A stretch of 64,000 nucleotides of DNA, taken from the IMG/VR virus record IMGVR_UViG_3300042924_005659, one strand, 5' to 3'. A program made the translations under genes and the position numbers. Positions 1-9,199 of the stretch are shown piece by piece. Every line of letters starts with the position of its first letter. Position 1 is the first letter of the stretch. A model generated the notes under the pieces. It had not been told where the DNA came from. It was given only the letters and a program-made list of their open reading frames with translations, and did no database searches. Source of the stretch: a virus.

Positions 1-7
1 TGTTGTT

Positions 8-664
8 TTAATTAAGCACTCTAAAGACTACCACATACTTTTTCTGAACTCTATCGTAGAGCTCTATGTTCAGGATCTGGCATAGCAGCTCTTCGCCTTC
101 GACAATACACTTGAACTCAGGCACGGATATTCTACCATCTTGTTGTAGTTCCGCGACGGGTGGAGTCCACGGCGGTCTACTCGTTTGAGGGTCTAAAGGC
201 ATTTCCAGCATTAGCCATTTCTGCCCGCCTCTGGCTAAATTTGCAGGTTGATAAATAACATTTAAACAGTTAAGTACCAGCTTAGCCCCATACCAATCGA
301 GCTCGACTACTTTTACTGCAGCCGTTTGAGGGGTAAAAGAAAGGCCTTGGGGGGCAGGTTGCCCCCCAAGGTCCTTCTTAGGATGTTCCGTCTTAGCAGG
401 CTCCTGTCGTACTGCAGGCTCAATAGACGTCTCAGGGTCTGTTTGAGCAGGCACCTTCGCTCCATTTACTAGCACTGGGCTTAAACCCAAAGGCTTTTTA
501 AAGTCTCGACTTTCAGAGGAAGGAGGAACAGGAATGTTGGCAACTGCAGCCCAGCCATCACTATTATTAGTTACTTGGTTTGCCTGCTTAGGCGCACCTG
601 GACCCTTAGCCACTTTTAGGCCTAGGGGTTTACTAGTATTAGGTCTGGGGGAGTTGCTGCTCAT
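8..664 (-). CDS. hypothetical protein, Pro-rich disordered N-half plus small beta-rich C-domain
   Basis: 218-aa ORF co-directional with neighbours, 6 nt from the upstream gene; no recognised motif. Confidence 0.75.
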   Translation of the reverse strand: MSSNSPRPNTSKPLGLKVAKGPGAPKQANQVTNNSDGWAAVANIPVPPSSESRDFKKPLGLSPVLVNGAKVPAQTDPETSIEPAVRQEPAKTEHPKKDLGGQPAPQGLSFTPQTAAVKVVELDWYGAKLVLNCLNVIYQPANLARGGQKWLMLEMPLDPQTSRPPWTPPVAELQQDGRISVPEFKCIVEGEELLCQILNIELYDRVQKKYVVVFRVLN

Positions 665-670
665 TGACGG

Positions 671-2119
671 TCAGATGGTTATGCAATCTTCTGCGGTGTC
701 GTTAATGGCAGTTTCCAGATCGTCCGGATCTATAGCTGCCAAGTCCTTGCTGCTGGAGCTAATCGAATCCTGAGAGATGCCGTACTTAGCCAACATCTTA
801 CCCACTGTTTGATTAGCTGCATCCAACGGTAGGCAGCATACGACATTTCTGCTCATTTGCAACTGAATCTTGTCCAGGCTGTCCTTCAAAGACTCTTCAT
901 TCTGAGACACCGGACCAAGGACTTTTTCCAAGTCTTCTAGAGAAATTAGCCCAACACTGTACAGTAGCAGCAACGCTTGCTCAGGTCTACGATCCGACAA
1001 GAAGTTAGACGACATCTCGATATAGATCGTCTTTTCATTGGCGTGCAAAGTTCCATTAACTGGTACGAATTTTTGGAACGTTCCTGATTCATCAAATGTC
1101 GGTAATACTCCGAGGGCCAATGCTGCTTTTACCGGAAACATTTCTGGACTTAGGCGCTTGTGAGAATACCGAGTAGTCGGCCACTCGAAGTCGTTAAGCA
1201 TGGAGCAGTAGTGTCCGAACATCGAGCTATGAGGCTGTAGCGTCTGCTTTAGATTGACGAAGAAGTGCTCCAGTAGTTTTCTGCAGGTCTCCAGGCTGCG
1301 GATATTCTGGAATATAGGCAGATTGAGCATCAGCTGATCTCTGTTTCTACCTCCGTCCTTGCTCATCAACGCAGCCATGGTGTGGTGTGCCATGGCTACA
1401 GGAGATTCCTGGCAGGAGAACCAGTGGTGATCCAAAGTATACGGCCACTTGCTGTTCTTGCTGGGCTTGCGCCATTTGATCGTGCAGTTCTCGTCCACTG
1501 GCTGCATGGTGCGGACGATGCCGTAACTCAGTCTGTTGCCGAGATTTCTTTGAGCCCAATGACTTTTTTCACTCGTCTGAAAGTACTGAAATACTTCGGC
1601 ATACACGGCGGTCATCTGATTACGCTTGTCGACAACCCTGGCGTGTAGAGAATATTCCTGAGCTGTGAGGTGGTCCAGGAAGGCTCGGTCGTCGGCAAAC
1701 TCCAAATACTTGAAGGCCAGGCACTTAACGGCTTCCTCCGCCTTGCACTTGAAGCCACGAGAGCTCCAGTTGTAGTCCTGCTCGAACGCCTTGTTGTTGG
1801 CCCTGAGCGTCTTGAGCATCTTCAGGCTTTGGGCAGAGAGCCGTACGCCTGCCTGCTTCAAATCTTCAGCGCCAAGGATAATCCGAATCTGATTGTCTCC
1901 AAGACTGAGAGTATTGGCAACCTTGGCCTTGACGAAGCCCAGTACGCCTCCGCCTTGATTAAGCCCCATCACCAAAGGCACATGCAGCAGGTTGCCCAGG
2001 AAGAAAGGCTCTGGCTGCGCATAAAAGTTCTTTGGTATGACTGTGCCGCTGTTTGAGGCATTTTGATTGAATAGGCGAACGTCTACAAAGTTCTGTTCGA
2101 GAGTTATGTAGTACTTCAT
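671..2119 (-). CDS. hypothetical protein (482 aa)
   Basis: Long ORF in operon orientation; no recognised motif. Confidence 0.8.
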   Translation of the reverse strand: MKYYITLEQNFVDVRLFNQNASNSGTVIPKNFYAQPEPFFLGNLLHVPLVMGLNQGGGVLGFVKAKVANTLSLGDNQIRIILGAEDLKQAGVRLSAQSLKMLKTLRANNKAFEQDYNWSSRGFKCKAEEAVKCLAFKYLEFADDRAFLDHLTAQEYSLHARVVDKRNQMTAVYAEVFQYFQTSEKSHWAQRNLGNRLSYGIVRTMQPVDENCTIKWRKPSKNSKWPYTLDHHWFSCQESPVAMAHHTMAALMSKDGGRNRDQLMLNLPIFQNIRSLETCRKLLEHFFVNLKQTLQPHSSMFGHYCSMLNDFEWPTTRYSHKRLSPEMFPVKAALALGVLPTFDESGTFQKFVPVNGTLHANEKTIYIEMSSNFLSDRRPEQALLLLYSVGLISLEDLEKVLGPVSQNEESLKDSLDKIQLQMSRNVVCCLPLDAANQTVGKMLAKYGISQDSISSSSKDLAAIDPDDLETAINDTAEDCITI

Positions 2120-2126
2120 GCAAATT

Positions 2127-2159
2127 CAGGGCGGAGGCAAACCACTCGCCTCCGCCCTG
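2127..2159 (-). terminator. GC-rich hairpin, probable intrinsic terminator
   Basis: Perfect 12-bp stem cagggcggaggc/gcctccgccctg, 9-nt loop, just after the stop at 2166; U-tract weak. Confidence 0.6.
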
Positions 2160-2165
2160 CTCCTG

Positions 2166-3407
2166 TCAGGGGTTGTTGATGCGAATGGTTTTGCCGTAAG
2201 GCGCCTTGACGTCACTGTTGATTACCCAGATGACATCAAAGCCAGGGTCTGACCCAAATTCACCGTAGCCGTCGGTGAAGTACACCAGCACGTCTATGTC
2301 TGGCTTGTTCTGCTTAAGATGGTCCATGACCGGAACAAACGAAGTTCCTCCGCCGCCCTTAAGCGATGGGATCTCCTCGTTGTGCTGAACCCACTTTGCC
2401 CGATGGACAGTGTAGTCTGCCTCCAGCAGATACACCGGCACCTTGTAAAGCTTGCGGATGGCATCCAATTCCGAGACTCCCTTGGAGATGTCCTGTGGGG
2501 ACATGGATCCAGAGGTGTCGATGGAGAATGCGATGCTGGGCTTCTTCTTGCCAATGCGGCTGGTCAGGATTACGTCCTGATACAGATATCTGCGATTGGG
2601 CGGAGTAAAGGTGTGCCGGTTCCTATTGGTCATGCAGAACTTGTTCCGCAGGTAGTAGGCCAGCACATCGTTCCAACTGACCTCCGGATTAAGCAGCTTA
2701 TCTATCTGCCGTTCCATGAAGGCAGGACAGCTTCCAGCCATTCGACTGCGGGTAGCAGCCTCAAGACCGGCATCCGCCCACTCCTTGGCATTCTGAGGAG
2801 TATCCTCGGATGCCGTACGAATGTCCTGACCATCCGGACCTTCACCAGGCTCGAAGTCGGCCAGATCGTTGCCGTCCTGGATGCCTCCTTCTCCCTGGCC
2901 GCCACCCTCGCCCTTTGTTCCACGCTTCTTGGGAGGAGAGTTCTTCAGGATAAGTTCGTAAACCTCCTCGGTGGTGATCGTGTTGTGATCTATGTCTATG
3001 TTCAGGCCTCTCGACGTGACATAGCTGGATAGATCCAGACGAGTGCCCTTGGACGTAAAGTGGTCCTGCAGCATCTCGTTGATCAACACGTCGCCAGCCA
3101 CATTCCACAGGAACGCCTGACGACCACCCAGACGATTGTGATGATCCAGCAGCATATGCATCACCTCGTGCGCAAGAACGAAGTGAATCATGGTGTCGGA
3201 CAACGACGTGAAGAAAGTGCGGTTGAAGTAGATGTTGCCGTTCCTGTCGATGCAGGCGGTCGGCACCTTCTTTTCATCCTCGGTAAGGCGGACATTGCAC
3301 TTCTCTATCAGAAAGGCCCAGAACGGAAAGTCCTGAAACATGCGAAACATGGACTTGTCTAGTCGTTTCTTGGCCGTCTGAATTACAACTGGATCAATTT
3401 GCGACAT
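2166..3407 (-). CDS. metallopeptidase-like + VWA domain protein (DUF2201-type partner of MoxR ATPase)
   Basis: HEVMH (HExxH); MIDAS IDTSGSM, GGGT, YFTDG; adjacent to AAA ATPase. Confidence 0.9.
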   Translation of the reverse strand: MSQIDPVVIQTAKKRLDKSMFRMFQDFPFWAFLIEKCNVRLTEDEKKVPTACIDRNGNIYFNRTFFTSLSDTMIHFVLAHEVMHMLLDHHNRLGGRQAFLWNVAGDVLINEMLQDHFTSKGTRLDLSSYVTSRGLNIDIDHNTITTEEVYELILKNSPPKKRGTKGEGGGQGEGGIQDGNDLADFEPGEGPDGQDIRTASEDTPQNAKEWADAGLEAATRSRMAGSCPAFMERQIDKLLNPEVSWNDVLAYYLRNKFCMTNRNRHTFTPPNRRYLYQDVILTSRIGKKKPSIAFSIDTSGSMSPQDISKGVSELDAIRKLYKVPVYLLEADYTVHRAKWVQHNEEIPSLKGGGGTSFVPVMDHLKQNKPDIDVLVYFTDGYGEFGSDPGFDVIWVINSDVKAPYGKTIRINNP

Positions 3408-4432
3408 TATTCCACCTCGAATGGGACCAGGAGACTGCGGTGCTTGGAAAGCCAGTTCTTTGCGTTGGTAGACTTCATCACGGCTAGCATGAACTTCTCG
3501 TTCTTCTGCTGCAGCAAGCCGCCGAAGTACAGAGAGCTAATCTCGGGGCGGATCGACATCATGACGTTGGCGCCCTTGTCGATCAGGTTGGGATTGCGCA
3601 GGGCACGATAGAGGATGTTGCTGACGACCGCATAGGTCACCGACAGCTTGTTTGGCCCGTCCTGGTATGTGGCCTTGCCGTCAAGCAAGGCGTCGATGTC
3701 AGGCATCACCTTGATCTCGTTGCAGTACTGGATGAACCAGTTTGCAGCACCCTTGCCGATGGCACCCTCGATGGCCTCACGCTCCGTGATGTTGTTGCGC
3801 AGGAGTCGGGAAACCATGGTCCAACCACGAGGAGTGGGGAAGTTGCCGTACTCGTCCTGAGGATCGGAGTACAGGTGCTGGCCGCTGGTGCTGCTCATGA
3901 AGCCCAGCACGTTCTCGTGGATGAGATTGTTCATCGCCCAGTTGCGCCACTGGTTGAAGTCCGGCTGCATCTCCAGAATTACAAAGCGATTGCGGAGAGG
4001 AGCAGACAGCGGATTGACGTGAGCCTTGTGGCTGGACTTGTTGCCGCAGGCCACGATCCACCAGCCGTCACCGAGCTTGTGCGGACCACAGCGACGATCC
4101 AGGATGAACTGCAGTGCCGCATTCTGGACGCTGGGGTCGGCGGTGTTCAGCTCGTCGAAGAGAATGATGCCCTTGCCGTCCTTTGGCAGGAAGTCGGGCT
4201 TGGCCCACTCGACACTGAACTCGGAGCCGTCTCCCTTGCGATTGACGACCGGCATGCCGCGCATGTCGACAGGCTCGAGCATGCTGAGTCGGACGTCCTT
4301 GACCTCGTCGCCATCGGCAGCAGCCTTGCAGATCTCGGACTTGCCGATGCCGGGACCACCGAAGATGAGCAGAGGGACATTTGCGTTACGATACTGCTTG
4401 AGCTTTTCTACGTAGTTGATTGATGCGGCCAT
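3407..4432 (-). CDS. MoxR-like AAA+ ATPase
   Basis: Walker A GGPGIGKS, Walker B ILFDELN, LRNRF, PTPRGW; shares base 3407 with the VWA gene. Confidence 0.9.
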   Translation of the reverse strand: MAASINYVEKLKQYRNANVPLLIFGGPGIGKSEICKAAADGDEVKDVRLSMLEPVDMRGMPVVNRKGDGSEFSVEWAKPDFLPKDGKGIILFDELNTADPSVQNAALQFILDRRCGPHKLGDGWWIVACGNKSSHKAHVNPLSAPLRNRFVILEMQPDFNQWRNWAMNNLIHENVLGFMSSTSGQHLYSDPQDEYGNFPTPRGWTMVSRLLRNNITEREAIEGAIGKGAANWFIQYCNEIKVMPDIDALLDGKATYQDGPNKLSVTYAVVSNILYRALRNPNLIDKGANVMMSIRPEISSLYFGGLLQQKNEKFMLAVMKSTNAKNWLSKHRSLLVPFEVE

Positions 4433-4456
4433 TTTCGTGTTTTCCTTGATTTAAAC

Positions 4457-4714
4457 TCAATAGACGTGGTAGGTGAAGTCTTCCGGAACCCAGTTGGAGG
4501 TGGGGATCAACGTCCCCTCTAGCAAGAGGAAGTAGTGCTCTTCGTTCTTTTGTTCTTTGTACTGATCTACGTACTCCTTTGCCTGCTCCTTGGAGGTCAT
4601 CGGCAGTATCAGATGAGGAGACTTTTCTTTATCCCAGTGATACGGTATTTGCAGCAGCCACAGGCTACTCTTTTTACTGTTGGTCTTCGCCGTCGTCGGT
4701 TCCGTCATCGTCAT
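4457..4714 (-). CDS. hypothetical protein (85 aa)
   Basis: ORF filling the gap in operon orientation. Confidence 0.6.
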   Translation of the reverse strand: MTMTEPTTAKTNSKKSSLWLLQIPYHWDKEKSPHLILPMTSKEQAKEYVDQYKEQKNEEHYFLLLEGTLIPTSNWVPEDFTYHVY

Positions 4715-5123
4715 TTGCTCCTGTGTCCTTGATGATGGAGATCAGCGTATCGCAGGTCTCCAGGAAATAAGCACATTCTTTGGTGTAGTTCAGGCTGCTG
4801 ATCGGAGACTTAGAGGTAGTGGTGTACACTCCTGCCACGTTGATCAGCAGCTGCTCGTCGGTATCCAGACCCTCCCAGGTTTTGTACTGCGAGTTGCTGG
4901 ACACAAATGACTCCTTGACAAAGCCAGAACTGAAGATACCCATGCCAAAGAACTCGACCAGCCGGTCGACGTTCTCTATGCGGATATGCTGGCCATTGGT
5001 TCCCTGGATGACTCTATCGTAGGTGTGGGGATCCAGGCCGGTCACCTTTTGAATCTGTTCGACCGGCATCACCTTAGCCTTGTCAAGAGCTCTGATCACG
5101 TGTGCAATGTAGTTTGAAAGCAT
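4674..5123 (-). CDS. putative XRE/Cro-like HTH protein with acidic tail
   Basis: VEQIQKVTGLDPHTYDRVIQG...IENVDRLVEFFG resembles an XRE HTH; aaggac SD-like upstream. Confidence 0.55.
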   Translation of the reverse strand: MLSNYIAHVIRALDKAKVMPVEQIQKVTGLDPHTYDRVIQGTNGQHIRIENVDRLVEFFGMGIFSSGFVKESFVSSNSQYKTWEGLDTDEQLLINVAGVYTTTSKSPISSLNYTKECAYFLETCDTLISIIKDTGANDDDGTDDGEDQQ

Positions 5124-5174
5124 GATGTCCTTTGATTGCTAAAAGCAGGGTAGTACCTGCGGTTAAGAGACAAA

Positions 5175-5220
5175 ACCTACCCGGGACCACCTGTAATCAG
5201 CAGGTGGTCCCGGGATAGGT
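5175..5220 (-). terminator. long hairpin, probable intrinsic terminator
   Basis: Perfect 14-bp stem cccgggaccacctg/caggtggtcccggg extended by accta/taggt with one bulge; followed by TTTG on minus strand; downstream of 5245 stop. Confidence 0.7.
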
Positions 5221-5244
5221 GGGGTGTCAATAATCGTGTTAGGA

Positions 5245-6306
5245 TTATGATGTGACAGCTGCCGGCGTCGAGGGTTTGACCTCAACTATCTCCGGCGGCT
5301 TTTGCCTGGGTGCGGTTTCGGCAGGATGCATCTGCTGCCGAAGTTCATCCAACACAGGCATCTTGAACCCCAGCTGTTCAGCCGGAATGTGCTTCTTGTA
5401 CTTTAGCTGGTAGGTGTCCATCCTACGCGCCATCAAGAAGCATTCCTCATGCTCTGGCACCGAGTAGTTGTCCTGATCGACAACGAACCAGGGCACGGAA
5501 TTCCGGAAGTCTCGCTCTTGCTCACGAGACAACAGCTTAGGCAGGGACTTCTGATCTATTCCCAGCATTTCGAGTGGATGCTCGATCATGTCGGAAATGA
5601 TCTTGATTAGCTGTCCAAGCATACCGCTCTTCTTGCTGATATCCATCATCAGGATATCAGGCCGGCATCCCGCATTGGCGTACATCTGCCAAGGAGTTAG
5701 CCCGTACGCCTTCTGGATCAGATCCCTGACTCTGACATGAGTCGGAGTCATGATTCCGCCCATACCCGAGCAGATGAAGCTCAGGAAGGGCTCTATGGCA
5801 TTGGTGGCGGTATCCACCCCCTGCCGAGGAACCCACAACATGGGTTCGTTGCAGTAAAGCCTGTTGTTACAACAGGCCTCGTCGATTAGGTGAACCTTGT
5901 ACGCCAGAACACCTAGTGCTGGAACGCCAGAACAAACCATGCGGGCAGCATTTGCTGCTTCGCTGTTTTTGGTCTGGACCAGCTGGGCCAGATCGACTTC
6001 TTCGCCGTCGAAGATCCACCGAGGCTCGAAGTCCTCGATGTCGACTGCGAACTCCACGCTGGTGCTGAAATCCAGATGGCGATTGCTGCCTTCGCACCAG
6101 TGGTGCAGTAGGCAGAACATCTGACTTACAGTCCCATCCTGCATGCGCATGATTAGCGCACATGCCGTGGTATCGGCTGGTCCGATGAACAGGGAATTCC
6201 TATTCCGGAACCTCTCGGAATAAGTTGGTCCCCATTCGTTGATGTAGCCGTAGGCTTTGGTTATTGCCACAGGCTCGTTGACGACTGCTTCCTTGCAGTG
6301 CCTCAT
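5245..6306 (-). CDS. hypothetical protein (~353 aa)
   Basis: Long ORF; ATG at 6306 has aagggg 8 nt upstream (track start 6315 is GTG). Confidence 0.8.
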   Translation of the reverse strand: MRHCKEAVVNEPVAITKAYGYINEWGPTYSERFRNRNSLFIGPADTTACALIMRMQDGTVSQMFCLLHHWCEGSNRHLDFSTSVEFAVDIEDFEPRWIFDGEEVDLAQLVQTKNSEAANAARMVCSGVPALGVLAYKVHLIDEACCNNRLYCNEPMLWVPRQGVDTATNAIEPFLSFICSGMGGIMTPTHVRVRDLIQKAYGLTPWQMYANAGCRPDILMMDISKKSGMLGQLIKIISDMIEHPLEMLGIDQKSLPKLLSREQERDFRNSVPWFVVDQDNYSVPEHEECFLMARRMDTYQLKYKKHIPAEQLGFKMPVLDELRQQMHPAETAPRQKPPEIVEVKPSTPAAVTS

Positions 6307-6326
6307 TTCATACACCCCTTACAAGT

Positions 6327-6352
6327 AAAAACCGCCGACTGCAGATCGGCGG
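6327..6352 (-). terminator. intrinsic terminator
   Basis: Stem ccgccga/tcggcgg followed by TTTTT on minus strand. Confidence 0.65.
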
Positions 6353-6428
6353 AGGTTCTTTTGGCATCCGTGCACCATGACCGGTTCATGGCGAAACGGT
6401 ACCAAGATATTTTAACTCATTTATGGGC

Positions 6429-6689
6429 TTATTTAAGCGCCGGAGTATCCACGTCTAGCTTGCGCGGTTCGCCTAGATCTTCCAGTACCAGCTTGCCGGT
6501 ATCGGTTGCCTTGAGCCTATACCTATGCAGCCACTTTCCGTTATTACTGGTACTGGTGACTACGCATACCATGGCACTCTTTGACTTGCCGTAGAACGCC
6601 GGCTCTACGATCATCGCTATGCCCTTGCTATCCTTGGGAAACGAGGACTCTGCTTCCATCGGATCTGTTTCGTGAAAGTTGATTCTCAT
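6429..6689 (-). CDS. hypothetical protein (86 aa)
   Basis: 4-nt overlap with upstream ORF. Confidence 0.7.
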   Translation of the reverse strand: MRINFHETDPMEAESSFPKDSKGIAMIVEPAFYGKSKSAMVCVVTSTSNNGKWLHRYRLKATDTGKLVLEDLGEPRKLDVDTPALK

Positions 6690-7333
6690 ATTACTTCTCT
6701 CAGCTTCTTGAACAGGGCTGCAGCTTCTCCTGCGCCGGGGCCATTTCTAGCTACGTAGACACAGCTAAACGGAGGTCCGTTCTTCTGGTTAAGGTATAGC
6801 CTGCCAGAAAGGTTAGACGGCATGAAGAATGTGATGGGTACAAATTCCTTTATACCGACCACCTGCATGGTCTGCAGTTTTACGGGATCTCGTACCTCGA
6901 TGTCTTCCGGTTCACAGCCGTATAGAATCTTTTCTCCTTCTGCATTCTGCGCCAACCATTTTGAATTGGTCAGCCAGTGCTTGAAGTGAGGCCAATCTTC
7001 CTTCGGCATGCCGTGCAGAAACCGGCTCCAACCTGGCTCAGGGGTTGCAAATCCCACCGGCGGCATGACGTCCTCCACCAATAGAGGTTCAGGCAGTACA
7101 AAATGCATTATTCGAAGCTGCTTGTTGAACTCCTTTGCATAGAGCTCAAAAAGACTAACTGGAATACGCAGGTACATGTGCAAAGTGTTTACAAAGAAAA
7201 GATCGTAATCTTTGGTCCAACTTTGCAGCTCGTCCTTTGGAGCGACGGCATCCTCCAGCACCAGCTCCGTACTCATTGGAGCCAATGCGGCAGCAGCCGG
7301 CGTGAACACTCTATTGGTGGAGGAGTCGGACAT
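6686..7333 (-). CDS. hypothetical protein (215 aa)
   Basis: Operon-packed ORF. Confidence 0.75.
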   Translation of the reverse strand: MSDSSTNRVFTPAAAALAPMSTELVLEDAVAPKDELQSWTKDYDLFFVNTLHMYLRIPVSLFELYAKEFNKQLRIMHFVLPEPLLVEDVMPPVGFATPEPGWSRFLHGMPKEDWPHFKHWLTNSKWLAQNAEGEKILYGCEPEDIEVRDPVKLQTMQVVGIKEFVPITFFMPSNLSGRLYLNQKNGPPFSCVYVARNGPGAGEAAALFKKLREVI

Positions 7334-7337
7334 GCTT

Positions 7338-7670
7338 TTATTCGCCTGCGCCGACTACTTCAAGCGAAGGGCTAGCTGCGCTCTTCTCCTGAGTAGAGGC
7401 CTGAGGTGCCTGATCTGCCTCCTGCTGAGCCTTCATTAGCAGCAGCTGAAGGTTGTTGTGAATGACTCGGAGGGAAGCCAAGGTATCAGATGCGTCCTGG
7501 CCACTGAGCACAAAGCTCTGCGTGGTGTCATGCATGATCCCCAGTTGGGTACGGACCTTGGTGGTCACCTTGACCTCCAGCAGTTCACCTTCTCCCTCTG
7601 GATTGGGAATGCGCGTAAACGTGGTGCTTTCGTTGAGCAACGATACTTGCTTAGAAACAGTCTCTGCCAT
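7338..7670 (-). CDS. hypothetical protein (~110 aa)
   Basis: Start re-called to ATG 7670 (MAETV), preceded by aaggaacttaaaa. Confidence 0.7.
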   Translation of the reverse strand: MAETVSKQVSLLNESTTFTRIPNPEGEGELLEVKVTTKVRTQLGIMHDTTQSFVLSGQDASDTLASLRVIHNNLQLLLMKAQQEADQAPQASTQEKSAASPSLEVVGAGE

Positions 7671-8247
7671 TTTTAAGTTCCTTGTAGGATTTGGTGGTGG
7701 TTGCTGCCATGTAGACGGACAGCGCGTCATATACGTGTTCGTTGCGCCCTTCCAGGACTTGACCTCTCTTGCCTACTATCCAACCGTCAAAGGTTGGAAA
7801 CTTGGCACGCATGGCTTTCTTTACATCCTGTTTACTAGCGGCGCTAACTCCTGTAGCTGCCTTCTTGGCTTCAAAGGGAGTAACTAGCGTGACTGGAGTC
7901 CTAAACCCGTCTATTACAGCGCAAGCGGCACCCCTGGCTAAGGCCATGCTTTTGGCTGCCTGTGCGCTCTTGGATCCTCCGGTTGGACACTCTATGAATA
8001 TATGGCATGGAGACCATCTCATGAGTGCCTGCTCCAGCGATCTGACGAGTTCGGTAACTCTTCTCCATTCGTCGTCCGAGACCTTCATCTTGCCTTTCCG
8101 CATAGTGGCTTTGTCCGACTTCTCTGTGTGGATCGTATCCACCCAGAGGAGGTCGTCTTTGTCCGGACTAAGCGCAAGAACAGCGACTCCGGTATTAGCC
8201 AGAGCCAGGTCGAGGCAAACGATATGGGGAAGGGTTTTGTCAGTCAT
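7651..8247 (-). CDS. ruvC: RuvC-like Holliday junction resolvase
   Basis: CLDLALANTG (catalytic D), FIECP (E), KQDV, HVYDAL (H/D). Confidence 0.85.
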   Translation of the reverse strand: MTDKTLPHIVCLDLALANTGVAVLALSPDKDDLLWVDTIHTEKSDKATMRKGKMKVSDDEWRRVTELVRSLEQALMRWSPCHIFIECPTGGSKSAQAAKSMALARGAACAVIDGFRTPVTLVTPFEAKKAATGVSAASKQDVKKAMRAKFPTFDGWIVGKRGQVLEGRNEHVYDALSVYMAATTTKSYKELKNGRDCF

Positions 8248-8696
8248 CAGTCGACATCTTCGTCGTCTGCTTCGTTCGTGTCAATTTTGAAGTCGTCAGA
8301 TTCCGGTGGTTTCATCGGATTGTTTGGCTTCAAGTAGTTGAAGAAGTCCTTTAAATCCTTCTCTGGATTGAAGCTAAAGCTTACCCAGTCCGGAGGTCCT
8401 CCAAAGTTGGCGCCTTGGATATTGATGTGGCCGGAGGGAATGTTTAAATCCTTGTTCTCGGTCATCTTTCCAAACACCTTGTTTGGCGGAGCAATCTCCA
8501 TGACGATGTCCATCAGGGCACTGGGGCATGGTTTCTCTGCAATGATCTGCGGATTGAGAGAAATCCAAATGGGTGCATCGCTTATGGGAATGCCTGTATA
8601 GGCGATCTGAGATCCCAGGGTATGCTGCTCTACGATGTAGCCTAGCTGGCCATTTTCATTTACAGCAAACTTTCCTACGTGGGTTTCTGCGGTCAT
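8247..8696 (-). CDS. hypothetical protein (149 aa, acidic tail)
   Basis: 1-nt and 4-nt overlaps with neighbours. Confidence 0.7.
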   Translation of the reverse strand: MTAETHVGKFAVNENGQLGYIVEQHTLGSQIAYTGIPISDAPIWISLNPQIIAEKPCPSALMDIVMEIAPPNKVFGKMTENKDLNIPSGHINIQGANFGGPPDWVSFSFNPEKDLKDFFNYLKPNNPMKPPESDDFKIDTNEADDEDVD

Positions 8697-9199
8697 TCCA
8701 ATCCTCTGTTGAAAGACTTGAGTACGTTTTCGGCAGCATTGTTAACCGGCGAGTCCATGTACTGCTTGAAGTCGCTGACACGGGCAATGGCGGCTTGATG
8801 CCACATTCTAACCATGATGTCGCCCAGGTTCTTGAGAACCCAGGTACGTGCCTGCCATGACAGGTTGGTAAAACCCGAAGCCTTGTATGCGTCCTCGGGA
8901 GTAGCGTGGTGCAAGCCCTCGCGAGACAGCACGTATCGTAGGGCCAGCACTGCCTTGCCCATCTCTTCCTCGGAGATCTGCAGCGTCTGAGTAGACGTGT
9001 AGGTATCCACATGCTGAATCAGATTGCACATGCCTACGAAAGCACCAGGCACACAGTTGATCATGTCGTGCTGAGGAACATAGCTCTCATTGGCAGACAT
9101 GACTCCGCGTGGGCTAACAGAGAGCATGTGTCTCGGGTTGAACGGCAGAGCCATGTTGACTGGGATGTCTAGGCTTCTTCGGAAATCGTCTTCGGACAT
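8693..9199 (-). CDS. hypothetical protein (168 aa)
   Basis: Operon-packed ORF. Confidence 0.75.
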   Translation of the reverse strand: MSEDDFRRSLDIPVNMALPFNPRHMLSVSPRGVMSANESYVPQHDMINCVPGAFVGMCNLIQHVDTYTSTQTLQISEEEMGKAVLALRYVLSREGLHHATPEDAYKASGFTNLSWQARTWVLKNLGDIMVRMWHQAAIARVSDFKQYMDSPVNNAAENVLKSFNRGLE

